This document shows, in pieces, positions 9,449-20,075 of a stretch of 64,000 nt of DNA. Every line of letters starts with the position of its first letter. Position 1 is the first letter of the stretch. The notes under the pieces are model-generated. The model was not told the DNA's origin, searched no databases, and worked only from the letters and a program-made list of their open reading frames with translations. The position numbers were made by a program, and so were the translations under genes. The stretch is from an uncultured Gemmatimonadales bacterium (GTDB lineage: Bacteria > Gemmatimonadota > Gemmatimonadetes > Longimicrobiales > Longimicrobiaceae), in the NCBI GenBank assembly GCA_963716255.1, contig OY970303.1:768001-832000 (forward strand), in the 5' to 3' direction.

Positions 9449-9853
9449 ATGAGCGAGCGGGCTCTGGATCACGTGGGGATCGCCGTCCACTCCCTGGACG
9501 AGTCGCTCCCGCTCTTTGAATCTATCACAGGGGGGAAGGGGTACGGCCGCGAGGCGGTGGAGTCGCAGGGGGTGGAGATCGCCTTCGTGGGCTCCGGCGC
9601 CGGGCGCGTGGAGCTGCTGGCCCCCACCCGCGACGACTCCCCGGTGGGAAAGTTCCTGGCGAAGCGGGGCCCGGGGATGCACCACGTCTGCTACCGGGTG
9701 CCGGACGTGGCCGCGGCGCTGGCGGGGTTCGAGCGCGAGGGCTACTCGCTGATCGACCGGGAGCCGCGCACCGGCGGGCACGGCCACCGCGTCGCCTTCC
9801 TCCACCCGCGCTCCACCGGCGGGGTGCTGGTGGAGCTGGTGGAAGGCGAGTAG
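9449..9853 (+). CDS. mce: Methylmalonyl-CoA epimerase
   Basis: LDHVGIAV, VELLAP, KRGPGMHHV, VAFLHPRSTGGVLVELVE. Confidence 0.92.
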   Translation: MSERALDHVGIAVHSLDESLPLFESITGGKGYGREAVESQGVEIAFVGSGAGRVELLAPTRDDSPVGKFLAKRGPGMHHVCYRVPDVAAALAGFEREGYSLIDREPRTGGHGHRVAFLHPRSTGGVLVELVEGE

Positions 9854-9860
9854 CGACCGG

Positions 9861-10337
9861 CTAGCGCGGGCCGCGCGGCGGCTGGGGCGTGGAGGTGATC
9901 GCCTCCACCCCCACCTGCTCCACGAACCAGCGGGCCTCCGGCCCGCGCACCGCCACGAAGGGCACCTCCGGCCGGCGGTTGCCCTGCTGGAGCTGCACGT
10001 TGACGCGCACCGCCGCGCCGATGCGCCCTGGGATGGGCTCTTCGCCGCGGATGGTGTAGCCCTGGTTGGTGAGCACGGAGGCGAGCGCGTACATGCGCTT
10101 TTCCACGTCGGAGGCGGGATCGCGCCGCATCACCGGCCCCTCGGCCGTGCCGAACAGCCACCCCATCTGCACGTAGTCCTTGTCCTGGGAGAGGCGCAGG
10201 AAGCGCTCGACTGCGGCCGACGGCGCGGGAGCGCCGGGGGTGCCCTGGGCCGCGGGCGGTGGCGCGGACGCGCAGGCGGCGGCGAGGAGCAGCACGGCGA
10301 GCGGGAGCAGCCGCGGAAGTCGGAGAAGGGCGGACAA
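9861..10337 (-). CDS. Hypothetical lipoprotein
   Basis: TTG start with GGAGG RBS; lipobox LAAAC. Confidence 0.75.
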   Translation of the reverse strand: MSALLRLPRLLPLAVLLLAAACASAPPPAAQGTPGAPAPSAAVERFLRLSQDKDYVQMGWLFGTAEGPVMRRDPASDVEKRMYALASVLTNQGYTIRGEEPIPGRIGAAVRVNVQLQQGNRRPEVPFVAVRGPEARWFVEQVGVEAITSTPQPPRGPR

Positions 10338-10462
10338 GAGGCCTCCAGGGGAGAATAGCGACGGGGCCGCTCCGGAAGGAGCGGCCCCGAATGCTAGGAA
10401 CGGTCAGGAAGGGTGTCAAGCAAGCGAGGACGCCCACGCAAGCCCCGCGTGAGGGATTCCGG

Positions 10463-10634
10463 CCCGAAGGGCTTCAAGGTTCTGCCCCGGCGCTGGGTAG
10501 TCGAACGCACCTTTGCGTGGCCGATGAAGTACCGGCGCCTGCGTGCCGACTACGAGAACACGGTGAGTTCCTCACGCGCATGGATCCTGCTCGCCATGAC
10601 CAGCCTCATGGCTCGTCGCCTCCGGCCCGCGTGA
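10463..10634 (+). pseudogene. IS5-family transposase C-terminal remnant
   Basis: [26 protein letters not shown] is the hallmark IS5 C-terminus; no N-terminal part upstream. Confidence 0.85.
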
Positions 10635-10645
10635 GACTTACCTGA

Positions 10646-13324
10646 TCACTCCTGTCGAAGCGCCTCCATCGGGCGAACCCGGAGCGCCTGGCGCGCAGGG
10701 CCGGCCGTAGCGAGCAGCCCGGCGGCGATCACGAGTGCCGCGACCATAGGCACGAGCACGTGCTGCTGGCCGCGCATGAGTTCACCGCCGGAGAGTCGCT
10801 CGAGCAACGTGGCGAGGGCGACCCCCACGGCCAGCCCGAGCGCGAGTTGAAGCGCGGAGCGCGAGAAGATCGTCTGCAGCACCTGGCGCCGCGATGCACC
10901 GAGCGCGAGCCGGATCCCGATCTCCCGATACCGGCGTGTGACGGCGAACGACATCATCGCCGAGATCCCTGCCGCGGAGAGAAGGAGCACGCTCAGCGTC
11001 ACAAGGCTTACCAGGATGACGGAGAATCGGACCGCCGCGCCACTGGTGCCGCCGCGAAGCTCGTCCGGGCCTGCGACGGTCATCGGGCGCCCCGGTGCTA
11101 CCTCGCCGGCGATGTCCCGCAGCCGCGGGACGAGGACGTCGGGGTCGATCCCCCGCGTGCGGATGGCGACGCTCACCGGCGCCGCCCCCAGCGCCGTCGG
11201 GAGAAAGATGGCCGGCCTCTGAAGCTCCGGCTCGCCGCTCTCGTCGTAGAGATCGTCCACCACCCCGACGATCTCGAGCCAGGGGCCTGGCTGGACGGAG
11301 TCGCCCGCGGCGATCGCCGTGCTGCGCACCCGGCGGCCGAGGGCGACTCCGCCCCCGAGGAAGCGACGGACGAAGGAGCGGCTGACGACAGCGGCCGCGC
11401 CATCGGGCGCGTCGCCGGACCCGAACGGCCGCCCCGCCAGCACCTGAGCGCCAAACACATCGAAATAGTTGGGTGCGACACCGGAGGAGAGCGCGACGAC
11501 ACGCGCCGCGTCCGCCGTCGTCACCCCGCCCTCGACCTCGATGCGCACGCGCTGGCCGGAGCGCGGGGGCGCCGAGGCATACGTCACGCCGAGCACGCCC
11601 GGCTCCGCGGCGATCCGGCGGATCAGCTCGGCTTGGGTTTCGGCGAAGGACTCGCCCGCCTGCTCCACGGACGGAGCGGCCAGCGCCTCCCGGGCCGGAG
11701 CTACATCCCGCTCGAGCCGGAGCACGAGCATCTCCTCGACCGGGAAGGTGGGCTCGGCGCGCGGCTGCCAATACGCGTTCCAGGCGATCGCGATCACGGG
11801 CGGGAGCACAGCCACCGCGACCCCGACCTGCACCACGATGAGCGCCGACCAGGTTCTCCCCAGCTGCAACCCGGTGGCGCCGCCCATCTGGCGGAGCGTG
11901 GACTGCAGCCGCTGCCCAGTGGCCGCCAGCGCAGGGACGATACCGACGATGAAGGCTGCGAGCACGGCGAGACCCATGGCGTACGCGACCGTGGACGCCG
12001 GGAGGCCGGGCTCGATCCAGTACGGAAGGCTCCCCGGACCGGTGATGGCGACGATTTGCCGGAACCCGACGTTCGCGATCAGTAGCCCGGTCACCGCCGC
12101 AAGCGACGAGAGCGCGAGCGCCTCCAAGAAGAGTTGCGTGATGATGCGCCGGCGGCTCGCGCCCAGCGCCGTGCGGACCGCGATCTCGGCCTGGCGAGAT
12201 GCCGTCCGGGCGTAGACCAGTGCCGCCACGGTGACCGCGACCGCGGCCAGAACCAGAGCCGCGAAGAGCTGCATCGTCCAGACGATCCAGGCCGGGTACT
12301 GGTGCACGTCGAGCACGACACGGACGTACGGTCTGACGATCGGGCGGAAGGTGGTGTATGCCGCGGGGAACTCGCGCGCGAGCCGCGCGCTCACGCTTCT
12401 CAACTCGGCTTCGGCCGCCGCCCTGGGAACCCCTGAGGCGAGCCGGCCGAAGATCGTCACGTGGGGGCCCTCGCCAGGGCCGTGGAGCGCAGGGTCGCTC
12501 CGGAGCGCGGTCCAGTAGCCGTGGTGGTACGGGAAGCGGAAGCCCTCGGGCATCACACCGACGACCGTGTACGGGGTGCCGTCGAGGCGCACCTCGCGTC
12601 CCACGATGCCACGGTCCGCGCCGAAGTCCCGCCGCCACTCATCGTACCCCATCACCAGCACGGCCGGAGCTCCTTCGGCCTCATCCGCCTCGAGGAGCGG
12701 ACGGCCGAGGAGCGGCGGCACCCGCGCCACGTCGAATCCCGACGCGGTCATCTCCGCCACTCGTACTCCACCCGTCGTGCCGCCCGGAACGTGCAGGTAG
12801 CGTTGGGAGTCGCGGAAGGCGGACAGCTGCCGGACGGACCGCTGGCTCCCCTTCCAGGTGTCCAGGTCAAAGAGGGTCGTGCGGGAGTTGTCCTCGTTCC
12901 TCATATCGAGGTAGTCGAGCGCGACGATCCGGTCACCCTCGTCGAGCGGCGGGGCCGAGTAGTAGAACACCATGAAGCTGAAGAAGCCCGTTGCGATGGC
13001 AACGCAGACGGCCATCCCGAGCGCGCCGATCACGGAGAGCGCCGGGTGCTTCGCCAGCATGCGCAGGGCGAGCTTTACGTCTGGCGTCAGCCCGATCACC
13101 GGTGCAAACCAGCGCGCGTCGCGCACCTCTTCCCGGAACCGCTCGCGTCCGCCAAAGGTCAGCACCGCCTGCCGCCTCGCGGCTTCCGGGGTCATTCCGG
13201 CGCGGAGGTTGTTCCGCGTCTCCATCTCGAGATGGAAGGCGAACTCCTCCTCCAGCTCGCGCTCCACCTCTTCCCGGCGGAGGAGCACACGCAGCCGCTT
13301 CCGCCATCGCGTGATCCACTCCAT
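10646..13324 (-). CDS. ADOP-family duplicated ABC permease (MacB/FtsX domains)
   Basis: ELEEEFAFHLEME..A.R.FGG prefix, two periplasmic/FtsX halves, EIAVRTALGA and EIGIRLALGA. Confidence 0.92.
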   Translation of the reverse strand: MEWITRWRKRLRVLLRREEVERELEEEFAFHLEMETRNNLRAGMTPEAARRQAVLTFGGRERFREEVRDARWFAPVIGLTPDVKLALRMLAKHPALSVIGALGMAVCVAIATGFFSFMVFYYSAPPLDEGDRIVALDYLDMRNEDNSRTTLFDLDTWKGSQRSVRQLSAFRDSQRYLHVPGGTTGGVRVAEMTASGFDVARVPPLLGRPLLEADEAEGAPAVLVMGYDEWRRDFGADRGIVGREVRLDGTPYTVVGVMPEGFRFPYHHGYWTALRSDPALHGPGEGPHVTIFGRLASGVPRAAAEAELRSVSARLAREFPAAYTTFRPIVRPYVRVVLDVHQYPAWIVWTMQLFAALVLAAVAVTVAALVYARTASRQAEIAVRTALGASRRRIITQLFLEALALSSLAAVTGLLIANVGFRQIVAITGPGSLPYWIEPGLPASTVAYAMGLAVLAAFIVGIVPALAATGQRLQSTLRQMGGATGLQLGRTWSALIVVQVGVAVAVLPPVIAIAWNAYWQPRAEPTFPVEEMLVLRLERDVAPAREALAAPSVEQAGESFAETQAELIRRIAAEPGVLGVTYASAPPRSGQRVRIEVEGGVTTADAARVVALSSGVAPNYFDVFGAQVLAGRPFGSGDAPDGAAAVVSRSFVRRFLGGGVALGRRVRSTAIAAGDSVQPGPWLEIVGVVDDLYDESGEPELQRPAIFLPTALGAAPVSVAIRTRGIDPDVLVPRLRDIAGEVAPGRPMTVAGPDELRGGTSGAAVRFSVILVSLVTLSVLLLSAAGISAMMSFAVTRRYREIGIRLALGASRRQVLQTIFSRSALQLALGLAVGVALATLLERLSGGELMRGQQHVLVPMVAALVIAAGLLATAGPARQALRVRPMEALRQE

Positions 13325-13339
13325 GCGGCCCTCTCCCGA

Positions 13340-13675
13340 TCAGGTGGTTCGCAGGATGGTGTCCATCATCCGCACGTACTCCTGCCAGCTCCGCGACTCC
13401 TCCCCGAGTGCGCTGCGGCCAGCCGCAGTCAGCTCGTAGTACTTGGCCCGGCGGTTCTCCTCGGTGACGCCCCATTCACTCACCAGCAGCCCACGCTCTT
13501 CCAGGCGCTGGAGCGCGGGGTAGAGTGATCCCGCTCCCACGCGTAGCGCGTCGCCAGAGAGCTGCTCCAGCCGCTGTGCGATCGACCACCCGTGCATGGG
13601 CTCCAGCGAAAGCGCCTTCAGGACCAGGAGGTCGAGCGTACCTCGAAGGATGTCGCTGGATGCGTGAGGTGGCAT
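13340..13675 (-). CDS. PadR-family regulator (ADOP-associated)
   Basis: LRGTLDLLVL..L...PMHG, GSLYPALQRLE, ENRRAKYY. Confidence 0.93.
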   Translation of the reverse strand: MPPHASSDILRGTLDLLVLKALSLEPMHGWSIAQRLEQLSGDALRVGAGSLYPALQRLEERGLLVSEWGVTEENRRAKYYELTAAGRSALGEESRSWQEYVRMMDTILRTT

Positions 13676-13851
13676 TTGGTTTTCGGAGAGTAGTATCGAG
13701 TTCCGATAAGAATGCGCTTCGTTGTATCGAAAGTCAATACCAGCGTAAACCGGGGCGTGCGTGCTGGGGAATTAGCGGCCGGTGGGCCCGCGACTCAGGC
13801 CCAGGGCTTCGATGCTCTGCTGCCCCACTTTATACCCACGCTCATAGAGCC

Positions 13852-13881
13852 GCCCCCCTCTCCCAATTCTGGAGAGGGGGC
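13852..13881. repeat. REP-like CCCTCTCCC/GGGAGAGGG palindrome (family C)
   Basis: gcccccctctcc-caattct-ggagagggggc; the same CAATTCT loop occurs near 28588 and 61142. Confidence 0.7.
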
Positions 13882-13915
13882 CAACTGCGGGTACTTTCAG
13901 AACGGGCAGGCGGTT

Positions 13916-14046
13916 GCGTGAGGGATTTCGGCCCGAAGGGGCGAGACCCCGCGGGCAGTTTCGCGGGGGCTCGACTCCGTTGCAGACGGTAGTATCGTTT
14001 GCTACGGAGCCGAAGCCCGACCCCGGCGCCAGCCGGGGACACGCCC
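13916..14046 (+). repeat. Multi-hairpin intergenic repeat (family A), copy 1
   Basis: gcgtgagggatttcggcccgaagggg...ctccgt..acggagccgaagcccgaccccggcgccagccgggg.cacgccc; homologous to 20670, 28340 (rc) and 50354 (rc). Confidence 0.9.
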
Positions 14047-14069
14047 AGACCCGCAGTTCAACCGGCTTC

Positions 14070-16706
14070 TCACACCCCCGCCGGCGCCTCCGCGGAAACC
14101 CCCGCCGCCCGGAACGACAGCTGGTGCGAGCCGTCCTCCCGGTCCACCACCACGGTGTCGCCCTCCTCGAACTCGCCCTCCAGCACGCGGATGGCGAGCG
14201 GGTTCTGGAGCAGCCGCTGGATGGAGCGCTTCAGCGGGCGCGCCCCGTAGGCCGGGTCGTAGCCCTCGTCCGCGATCAGCTCCTTTGCCGCGTCGGTGAT
14301 CCGCAGGGCCAGCTTGCGGTCGGCGAGGAGCCGCTCCAGCTGACGCAGCTGGATCTCCACGATGTGCTTGAGGTCGTCCACCCCCAGCGGGCGGAAGACG
14401 ATGATGTCGTCCACGCGGTTCAGGAACTCGGGGCGGAAGGCCCGCCGCAGCTCGGCGAGCACGGAGGCCTCCACCCCCACGCGCGTGGCCGGGTCGCGGA
14501 GCGCCGCCGACTGCTCCAGGATCAGGTGGCTCCCGAGGTTGGAGGTCATGATGACGACCGTGTTCTTGAAGCTCACCACGCGTCCCTGCGAGTCGGTGAG
14601 CCGCCCGTCGTCCAGGATCTGCAGGAGGACGTTGAACACGTCCGGGTGCGCCTTCTCGATCTCGTCGAAGAGCACCACCGAGTACGGCCGGCGCCGCACC
14701 GCCTCGGTGAGCTGGCCGCCCTCCTCGTAGCCCACGTACCCCGGCGGGGCGCCGATCAGCCGCGCCACGGCGTGCTTCTCCATGTACTCGGACATGTCGA
14801 TGCGGACCATGGCCTCCTGGTTGTCGAACAGGAACTCGGCCAGGGCGCGCGCGGTCTCCGTCTTCCCCACGCCGGTGGGCCCCAGGAAGATGAAGCTGCC
14901 GATGGGGCGGTTGGGGTCCTGCATTCCCGCCCGCGAGCGCCGCACGGCGTCGGCCACGGCGCGCGTGGCTTCCGGCTGACCGATCACCCGCTGGTTGAGG
15001 TGCTCGTCGAGGTGCGCCAGCCGCTCGCGCTCGCTCTGGAGCATGCGGGTGATGGGGATCCCGGTCCAGCGGGCCACCACCTCGGCGATGTCGTCGGCGT
15101 CGACCTCTTCCCGGAGGAAGCGGGACTTCTGCTGCACCTCCAGCAGGCGCGCCTCGGCGTCCTGCACGTCCTTCTGGAGCGCGGGGAGCTCGCCGTACTG
15201 CACCTCGGCGGCGCGCGTCAGGTCGCCCACGCGGGTGGCGCGGTCCACCTCCACGCGCAGCTCTTCCAGGCGCTCCTTCATCTCGCGCAGGTCGGCGATC
15301 ACCTGCTTCTCGCCCTGCCACTGCGCCTTCATCCCCGACGACTTCTCGCGCAGCTCGGCGAGCTCCTGCTCCAGCCGCCCGGAGCGCTCGCGCGACTCGG
15401 GGTCGGTCTCGCGGGCGAGCGCCTGCCGCTCGATCTCCAGCTGCACGATGCGGCGCTCCACCTCGTCGATCTCCTGCGGCAGCGAGTCGATCTCGATGCG
15501 CAGCTTGGACGCGGCCTCGTCGATCAGGTCGATGGCCTTGTCCGGCAGGAACCGGTCGCCGATGTAGCGGTTGGAGAGCGTCGCCGCGGCCACGATGGCG
15601 GGGTCGGTGATGCGCACGCCGTGGTGCACCTCGTAGCGCTCCTTGAGCCCGCGCAGGATGGCGATGGTGTCCTCCACGCCGGGCTCGCCCACGAACACCG
15701 GCTGGAAGCGCCGCTCCAGCGCGGCGTCCTTTTCGATGTACTGGCGGTACTCGTCCAGGGTGGTGGCGCCCACCATGCGCAGCTCGCCGCGGGCGAGCGC
15801 GGGCTTGAGCATGTTGCCGGCGTCGGGCGAGCCCTCGGTCTTCCCCGCCCCCACGATGGTGTGCAGCTCGTCGATGAAGACGATGAACTTGCCGTCGGCC
15901 TCGGTGATCTCCTTGAGCACGGCCTTGAGGCGCTCCTCGAACTCGCCGCGGTACTTGGCGCCCGCGAGCATGGAGCCCATGTCCAGCGAGATCAGTGTCT
16001 TGTCGCGAAGCCCCTCGGGGACGTCGCCGTTGACGATGCGCTGCGCCAGCCCTTCCACGATGGCCGTCTTCCCCACGCCGGGCTCGCCGATGAGGACGGG
16101 GTTGTTCTTGGTGCGGCGCGAGAGCACCTGCACCACCCGGCGGATCTCCTCGTCGCGGCCGATCACGGGGTCCAGCTTGCCGCGGCGGGCGCGCTCGGTG
16201 AGGTCCACCGAGAAGCGCTGGAGCGACTGGTACTTTTCCTCGGGGTTCTGGTCGGTGACGCGGTGCGCGCCGCGGACCTGCTGCAGCGCCTGGACGACGG
16301 CCTCGCGCCCGGCCCCCTGAGCCGACAGCAGCTCGCGCGTGGTGGAGCCCTTCTTTTCGGCGAGGGCCAGGAGCACGTGCTCGGTGGACACGTACTCGTC
16401 CTTGAGGTCGCGCGCCTCCTTTTCCGCCCGGTCCAGGATCTCGTTCAGCTCGCGGGAGATGGTGGGCTGCGCGCCGCCGGACTGCCTGGGCAGGCGGCCG
16501 AGCGCCGTTTCCAGCTCGCTCCCCAGCCGGGCGACGTTGACGCCCACCTTCTGGAGGATGGGGACGACGATCCCCTCCTCCTGCGCCAGCAGCGCGGCGA
16601 GCAGGTGGACGTCCTCGATGGCCGGGTTTCCGTTCTTGCGCGCGGCGTTGGCGGCTTCCTGGATGGCTTCTGCCGTTTTGACCGTAAGTCGATCGAAGTT
16701 GATCAT
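14070..16706 (-). CDS. clpB: ATP-dependent chaperone ClpB
   Basis: [23 protein letters not shown], coiled-coil M domain, [30 protein letters not shown] at 16706. Confidence 0.97.
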   Translation of the reverse strand: MINFDRLTVKTAEAIQEAANAARKNGNPAIEDVHLLAALLAQEEGIVVPILQKVGVNVARLGSELETALGRLPRQSGGAQPTISRELNEILDRAEKEARDLKDEYVSTEHVLLALAEKKGSTTRELLSAQGAGREAVVQALQQVRGAHRVTDQNPEEKYQSLQRFSVDLTERARRGKLDPVIGRDEEIRRVVQVLSRRTKNNPVLIGEPGVGKTAIVEGLAQRIVNGDVPEGLRDKTLISLDMGSMLAGAKYRGEFEERLKAVLKEITEADGKFIVFIDELHTIVGAGKTEGSPDAGNMLKPALARGELRMVGATTLDEYRQYIEKDAALERRFQPVFVGEPGVEDTIAILRGLKERYEVHHGVRITDPAIVAAATLSNRYIGDRFLPDKAIDLIDEAASKLRIEIDSLPQEIDEVERRIVQLEIERQALARETDPESRERSGRLEQELAELREKSSGMKAQWQGEKQVIADLREMKERLEELRVEVDRATRVGDLTRAAEVQYGELPALQKDVQDAEARLLEVQQKSRFLREEVDADDIAEVVARWTGIPITRMLQSERERLAHLDEHLNQRVIGQPEATRAVADAVRRSRAGMQDPNRPIGSFIFLGPTGVGKTETARALAEFLFDNQEAMVRIDMSEYMEKHAVARLIGAPPGYVGYEEGGQLTEAVRRRPYSVVLFDEIEKAHPDVFNVLLQILDDGRLTDSQGRVVSFKNTVVIMTSNLGSHLILEQSAALRDPATRVGVEASVLAELRRAFRPEFLNRVDDIIVFRPLGVDDLKHIVEIQLRQLERLLADRKLALRITDAAKELIADEGYDPAYGARPLKRSIQRLLQNPLAIRVLEGEFEEGDTVVVDREDGSHQLSFRAAGVSAEAPAGV

Positions 16707-17064
16707 CCGTGCTCCTTTAACCGGTTGGGGCGGCCTGACCGGGGAATCCCGCATCTGCGAGGATTTTGTCTACGCCTGCTGCCGGGGCCGCCTCTCGTCT
16801 GGTGTCGCTGCCGGGGAACCAAGGAAGATCCGTGCCCGCGAATGCCTGCCAAAATGTCTAAATTCCGTCGTGGATTGAGCATGCGTGACCGGGGCCGGTA
16901 CGGGCTGCGCCCGGGGCAGGAAGCAGACCGACGCTGCTCGGCGCAAAATTTGCGGCGTAAAATACGCGCGATTTGTGATTGATGTCATCGGCCCGCCCCG
17001 TCCGTAGCCAAGCTCGACAGCCGGCTGCGGAAGCCCGCACCCCACGTTTCTCCCGGGAGGAACC

Positions 17065-17286
17065 ATGAAGCGCATCCACACCATCGTGTTCGGCGCGGGC
17101 ATCTTCGCGGCGCTGGGCTTCGGCTCGGCGTCGGCCTTCGCGAAGCCCACGACGGAGCGGACCTGGACGTACTGCCCGTACCAGCCGGTGAACGAAGCGG
17201 GGTGCGTGACCTGCTGCGAGAACTTCGAAATGTATGATTACCAGTACGACTGGTTCACCCACACGTGCCGCTGCTGGTCCGAGTAG
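17065..17286 (+). CDS. Secreted six-cysteine peptide (defensin-like Cys spacing)
   Basis: GGAGG RBS; signal peptide ending ASAFA; mature C-x9-CxxCC-x16-CxC; own terminator. Confidence 0.8.
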   Translation: MKRIHTIVFGAGIFAALGFGSASAFAKPTTERTWTYCPYQPVNEAGCVTCCENFEMYDYQYDWFTHTCRCWSE

Positions 17287-17311
17287 CTCACCCGGCCTCC
17301 GGGAGAAGGAC

Positions 17312-17351
17312 GGCGCCCCCGTCGCGACGGTCGCGGCGGGGGCGCCTTTTT
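17312..17351 (+). terminator. Rho-independent terminator
   Basis: ggcgcccccgtcgcga..tcgcggcgggggcgcc followed by ttttt. Confidence 0.8.
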
Positions 17352-17372
17352 ACACCTGGAGCGGCCACGCCG

Positions 17373-19904
17373 TCAGGGCACCGAGTCGTACAGCAGCGCG
17401 TTGACGAACAGGGGCTGGCTGGCGCGCCAGAAGAGGCGGAAGAGCGGGTCGTCGGCGAAGAGCACCACGTTGCCCTCGCCCACGGACTTGGTGACCAGCC
17501 AGGAGCCCTCCTGGAGCCGCTTGAGGTTGGCGGGGGAGATCACGCCGGAGATGCGCGCCAGGTCGCCGGGGAAGTACGCCACGCTCTCCACGCCCTCGGC
17601 GGGCTCGAAGACCAGGCCGCCCTCGTGCAGGGCGAAGGCCCGGTCGGGGCGGCCGTCGACCCCGGCGCCCCAGGCCAGCGGGTGGGCGGGGTCCAGGCGC
17701 AGCGGCAGGATGGTGCCCGGCACCTGCTTGCGCCAGTCCTCGCGCTCGCGCTCCTCGCGCCCGGCGAGCGCCCGAGCGCCCGCGGCGGAGTCGGAGGGCT
17801 CGGAGCGGGTCTTGACCTCGGCGATGGAGGCGAGGGCCTGCGCGGCGCCGGCCACGGCCACCAGTCGCCCGCCGCGCTCCACCCAGGCCTTGAGCGCGTC
17901 CTGCACCGGCTTGCCCGTGGCGGCGCCGAAGGCGTCCGGGACGACGACCACGTCGTACTGGGACAGGTCGATGCGCGCGAGGTCGCCGGCCAGCACCGCG
18001 TCGAACGGCATCCCCAGGTCCCGCTCCAGGAAGTACCAGAACGCGCCGTAGGAGGTGGCGCTCACCCCCTCGCCGCCCACCAGGGCGACGCGCGGCATCT
18101 TCACCGCGACTACGTTCTCGCTCCCCAGGTCGATGCCGCCCTGGCTGAGCCCGCTCGCCACGGGGACCACCGTGCCGCCCAGCCCGGCCGCCGCGACGCG
18201 CGCCGCCAGCGAGTCGTTGCCGCCCGCGGGGAGGAACCACGTCCCCGCCGCGAAGCGCTGCCCGCCGAAGGTGGAGGGCTTGTTGAGGACGCGCGCCCGG
18301 CCGCCCCCGGCGAGGAAGCGGACCAGCCGCGGCGCGTTGCCGGCGCCCGCGGGGACCAGGTAGCCGTAGCCGGGCGCGGGGGCCGCGGCACGCGCGGCCT
18401 CCCCGGCCGGGGCGGGCACGGGGGTCCAGCCGGCCGCGGGGGCGGATCCCACGCGGTACGCGGCCACGCCGTAGGCGTACGGGAGCGACCAGGCGCTCAC
18501 GTCGTACGAGTACTCGGCCTTGAGCTCGGTCTCGGGCTGGAGCAGGGTGATGGCGAGCCGGCCGCGGGGCTGGCGGGCGCGCACCCGGTACGTCCCCGCG
18601 GGGAAGCGGCTGCGCTCCTCGAAGCCGGGGTGGACCCGGGCCCCGGCGCCGAACGCCTCGCCGGCGCGCTCCACCTCGATCCCCTGCTGCCGCAGGTGCG
18701 CGACCAGCGCCTCCACGCGGCTGGGATCGGAGCCGGGGACCAGCAGGAAGTCCGAGGCGCCGTCGGCGACGGTGCGCGCGCCGGCGGCGTAGTCCAGCAG
18801 CAGCCGGGTCTTGCCCGCGGCGGCGGTGCGCAGCGTGGCGTTGCCGGCCGTGCGGTGGTGCTCGGCGCGATCGCGGAGCGTGAGGGTGTCGCCGTCGTCC
18901 CGGCGGATGGCGAGTCCCGCGGCGCCGTGCCCGGCCTGCTCGTACGTCATCCCGATGGCCCCGGTGAGCGAGGGCCACGAGTCGCCGTAGCCGGGGTAGA
19001 ACAGGTCGAACGCCTCCGCCGTGTAGTACTCCCACCCGCGCGCGTCGAAGGCGCGGGCGTTCCCCTCGCCGAAGCGCTTCCCCCACTGGAGGACGTAGTC
19101 CGGGTAGATGGGGTTGATGGGCGCGCTCGCCGGGAAGAAGAAGTACGACGAGTTGTAGAACATCTCGTGGAAGTCCACGTGCACCTGGGGGTTCCACCGG
19201 GTCCAGGTGGCCAGGCGCGCGCGGGTTTCCGGCTGGGTGGCCCAGCTCCAGTCGCGGTTCAGGTCGAACAGGTAGTGGTTGAAGCGCCCACCCGGCCAGG
19301 GCTCGCGGTGCTCGCGCGCCTGCGGGTCGGGGTCGGCGGTCTGCCCCACCACGGAGTTGAACCACTGCACGTAGCGGTCGCGCCCGTCCGGGTTGGTCAC
19401 GGGGTCGATGACGACCACCAGCGAGTCCAGCGCGCCGGCCACCTCGGGCGCGCCGCGGGCCAGGTCCCAGGCGGTCCACATGGCGGCCTCGCTGGACGAG
19501 CTCTCGTTGCCGTGCACGCCATACGAGAAGTACACCACCGCGGGATTCCCCGCGGCCACCTGCCGGGCGCGCTCGGCGGAGGTTTCCGGGCGGGTCAGCT
19601 CGGCGTTGGCGGCCAGGACGGCGTCCAGCCGGCGCAGGTTCTCCGCGGAGCCGATGACCAGCTGGAAGAGCTCGCGCCGCTCGGGGGTGGTGCCGTAGGG
19701 GCGGTACTCCACCAGCGGCGAGGCGTCGGCGAGGGCGCGGGCGTAGTCGCGGACCCCGGCGTACGGGGTGAAGTGCTCGCCCATGGCGTAGCCGTGGAAC
19801 TGCTCGGGCGAGGGCGGCGCCTGCTGGGCGTACGCCGTGCCGATGGGGAGCGCGAGGAGCGCCAGGGCCGGCAGCGTACGCCGCCGCGGTGTGCGCAGGT
19901 GCAT
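17373..19904 (-). CDS. Secreted M14 zinc carboxypeptidase family protein
   Basis: Signal peptide; VHGNE, NPDG, DLNRDW, DFHEM; ATG at 19904. Confidence 0.9.
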   Translation of the reverse strand: MHLRTPRRRTLPALALLALPIGTAYAQQAPPSPEQFHGYAMGEHFTPYAGVRDYARALADASPLVEYRPYGTTPERRELFQLVIGSAENLRRLDAVLAANAELTRPETSAERARQVAAGNPAVVYFSYGVHGNESSSSEAAMWTAWDLARGAPEVAGALDSLVVVIDPVTNPDGRDRYVQWFNSVVGQTADPDPQAREHREPWPGGRFNHYLFDLNRDWSWATQPETRARLATWTRWNPQVHVDFHEMFYNSSYFFFPASAPINPIYPDYVLQWGKRFGEGNARAFDARGWEYYTAEAFDLFYPGYGDSWPSLTGAIGMTYEQAGHGAAGLAIRRDDGDTLTLRDRAEHHRTAGNATLRTAAAGKTRLLLDYAAGARTVADGASDFLLVPGSDPSRVEALVAHLRQQGIEVERAGEAFGAGARVHPGFEERSRFPAGTYRVRARQPRGRLAITLLQPETELKAEYSYDVSAWSLPYAYGVAAYRVGSAPAAGWTPVPAPAGEAARAAAPAPGYGYLVPAGAGNAPRLVRFLAGGGRARVLNKPSTFGGQRFAAGTWFLPAGGNDSLAARVAAAGLGGTVVPVASGLSQGGIDLGSENVVAVKMPRVALVGGEGVSATSYGAFWYFLERDLGMPFDAVLAGDLARIDLSQYDVVVVPDAFGAATGKPVQDALKAWVERGGRLVAVAGAAQALASIAEVKTRSEPSDSAAGARALAGREEREREDWRKQVPGTILPLRLDPAHPLAWGAGVDGRPDRAFALHEGGLVFEPAEGVESVAYFPGDLARISGVISPANLKRLQEGSWLVTKSVGEGNVVLFADDPLFRLFWRASQPLFVNALLYDSVP

Positions 19905-20075
19905 GCGGACCGTTCGTTTTGTGGGGGACCGGGTCGGACGGGCGGCCGTTCGAAAACCGCGGCAACCTAACGCGAGCGCTTCGGCCCACGCAACCATGCG
20001 GCTTGACACCGCACGGGCGCCGCGGTAGCCTCCGGGCCGCCGCGTCGTCCACCCTCTTTCCCGCGCCGTCCACCG

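Noticed and set aside
10362..10389. GGGGCCGCTCCGGA match to the start of family B
   Set aside because: Here it forms its own simple hairpin (cggggccgctcc-ggaa-ggagcggccccg) with no following loop units; too short to call a copy.
10413..10634. Active IS5 element
   Set aside because: Only about 55 C-terminal codons remain; no N-terminal catalytic region or paired inverted ends found.
13916..14046. Family A as a known ribozyme or riboswitch
   Set aside because: I could not see hammerhead (CUGAnGA/GAAA) or other known cores, and copies lie mostly at gene 3' ends in both orientations.
13914..16982. Very long antisense or alternate-frame ORFs (e.g. 13914-16982, 17265-19970, 21979-24867, 25525-28470, 52634-55741)
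   Set aside because: Shadow ORFs of real genes in very GC-rich DNA; Arg/Gly/Pro-rich or mirror-codon composition with no motifs.
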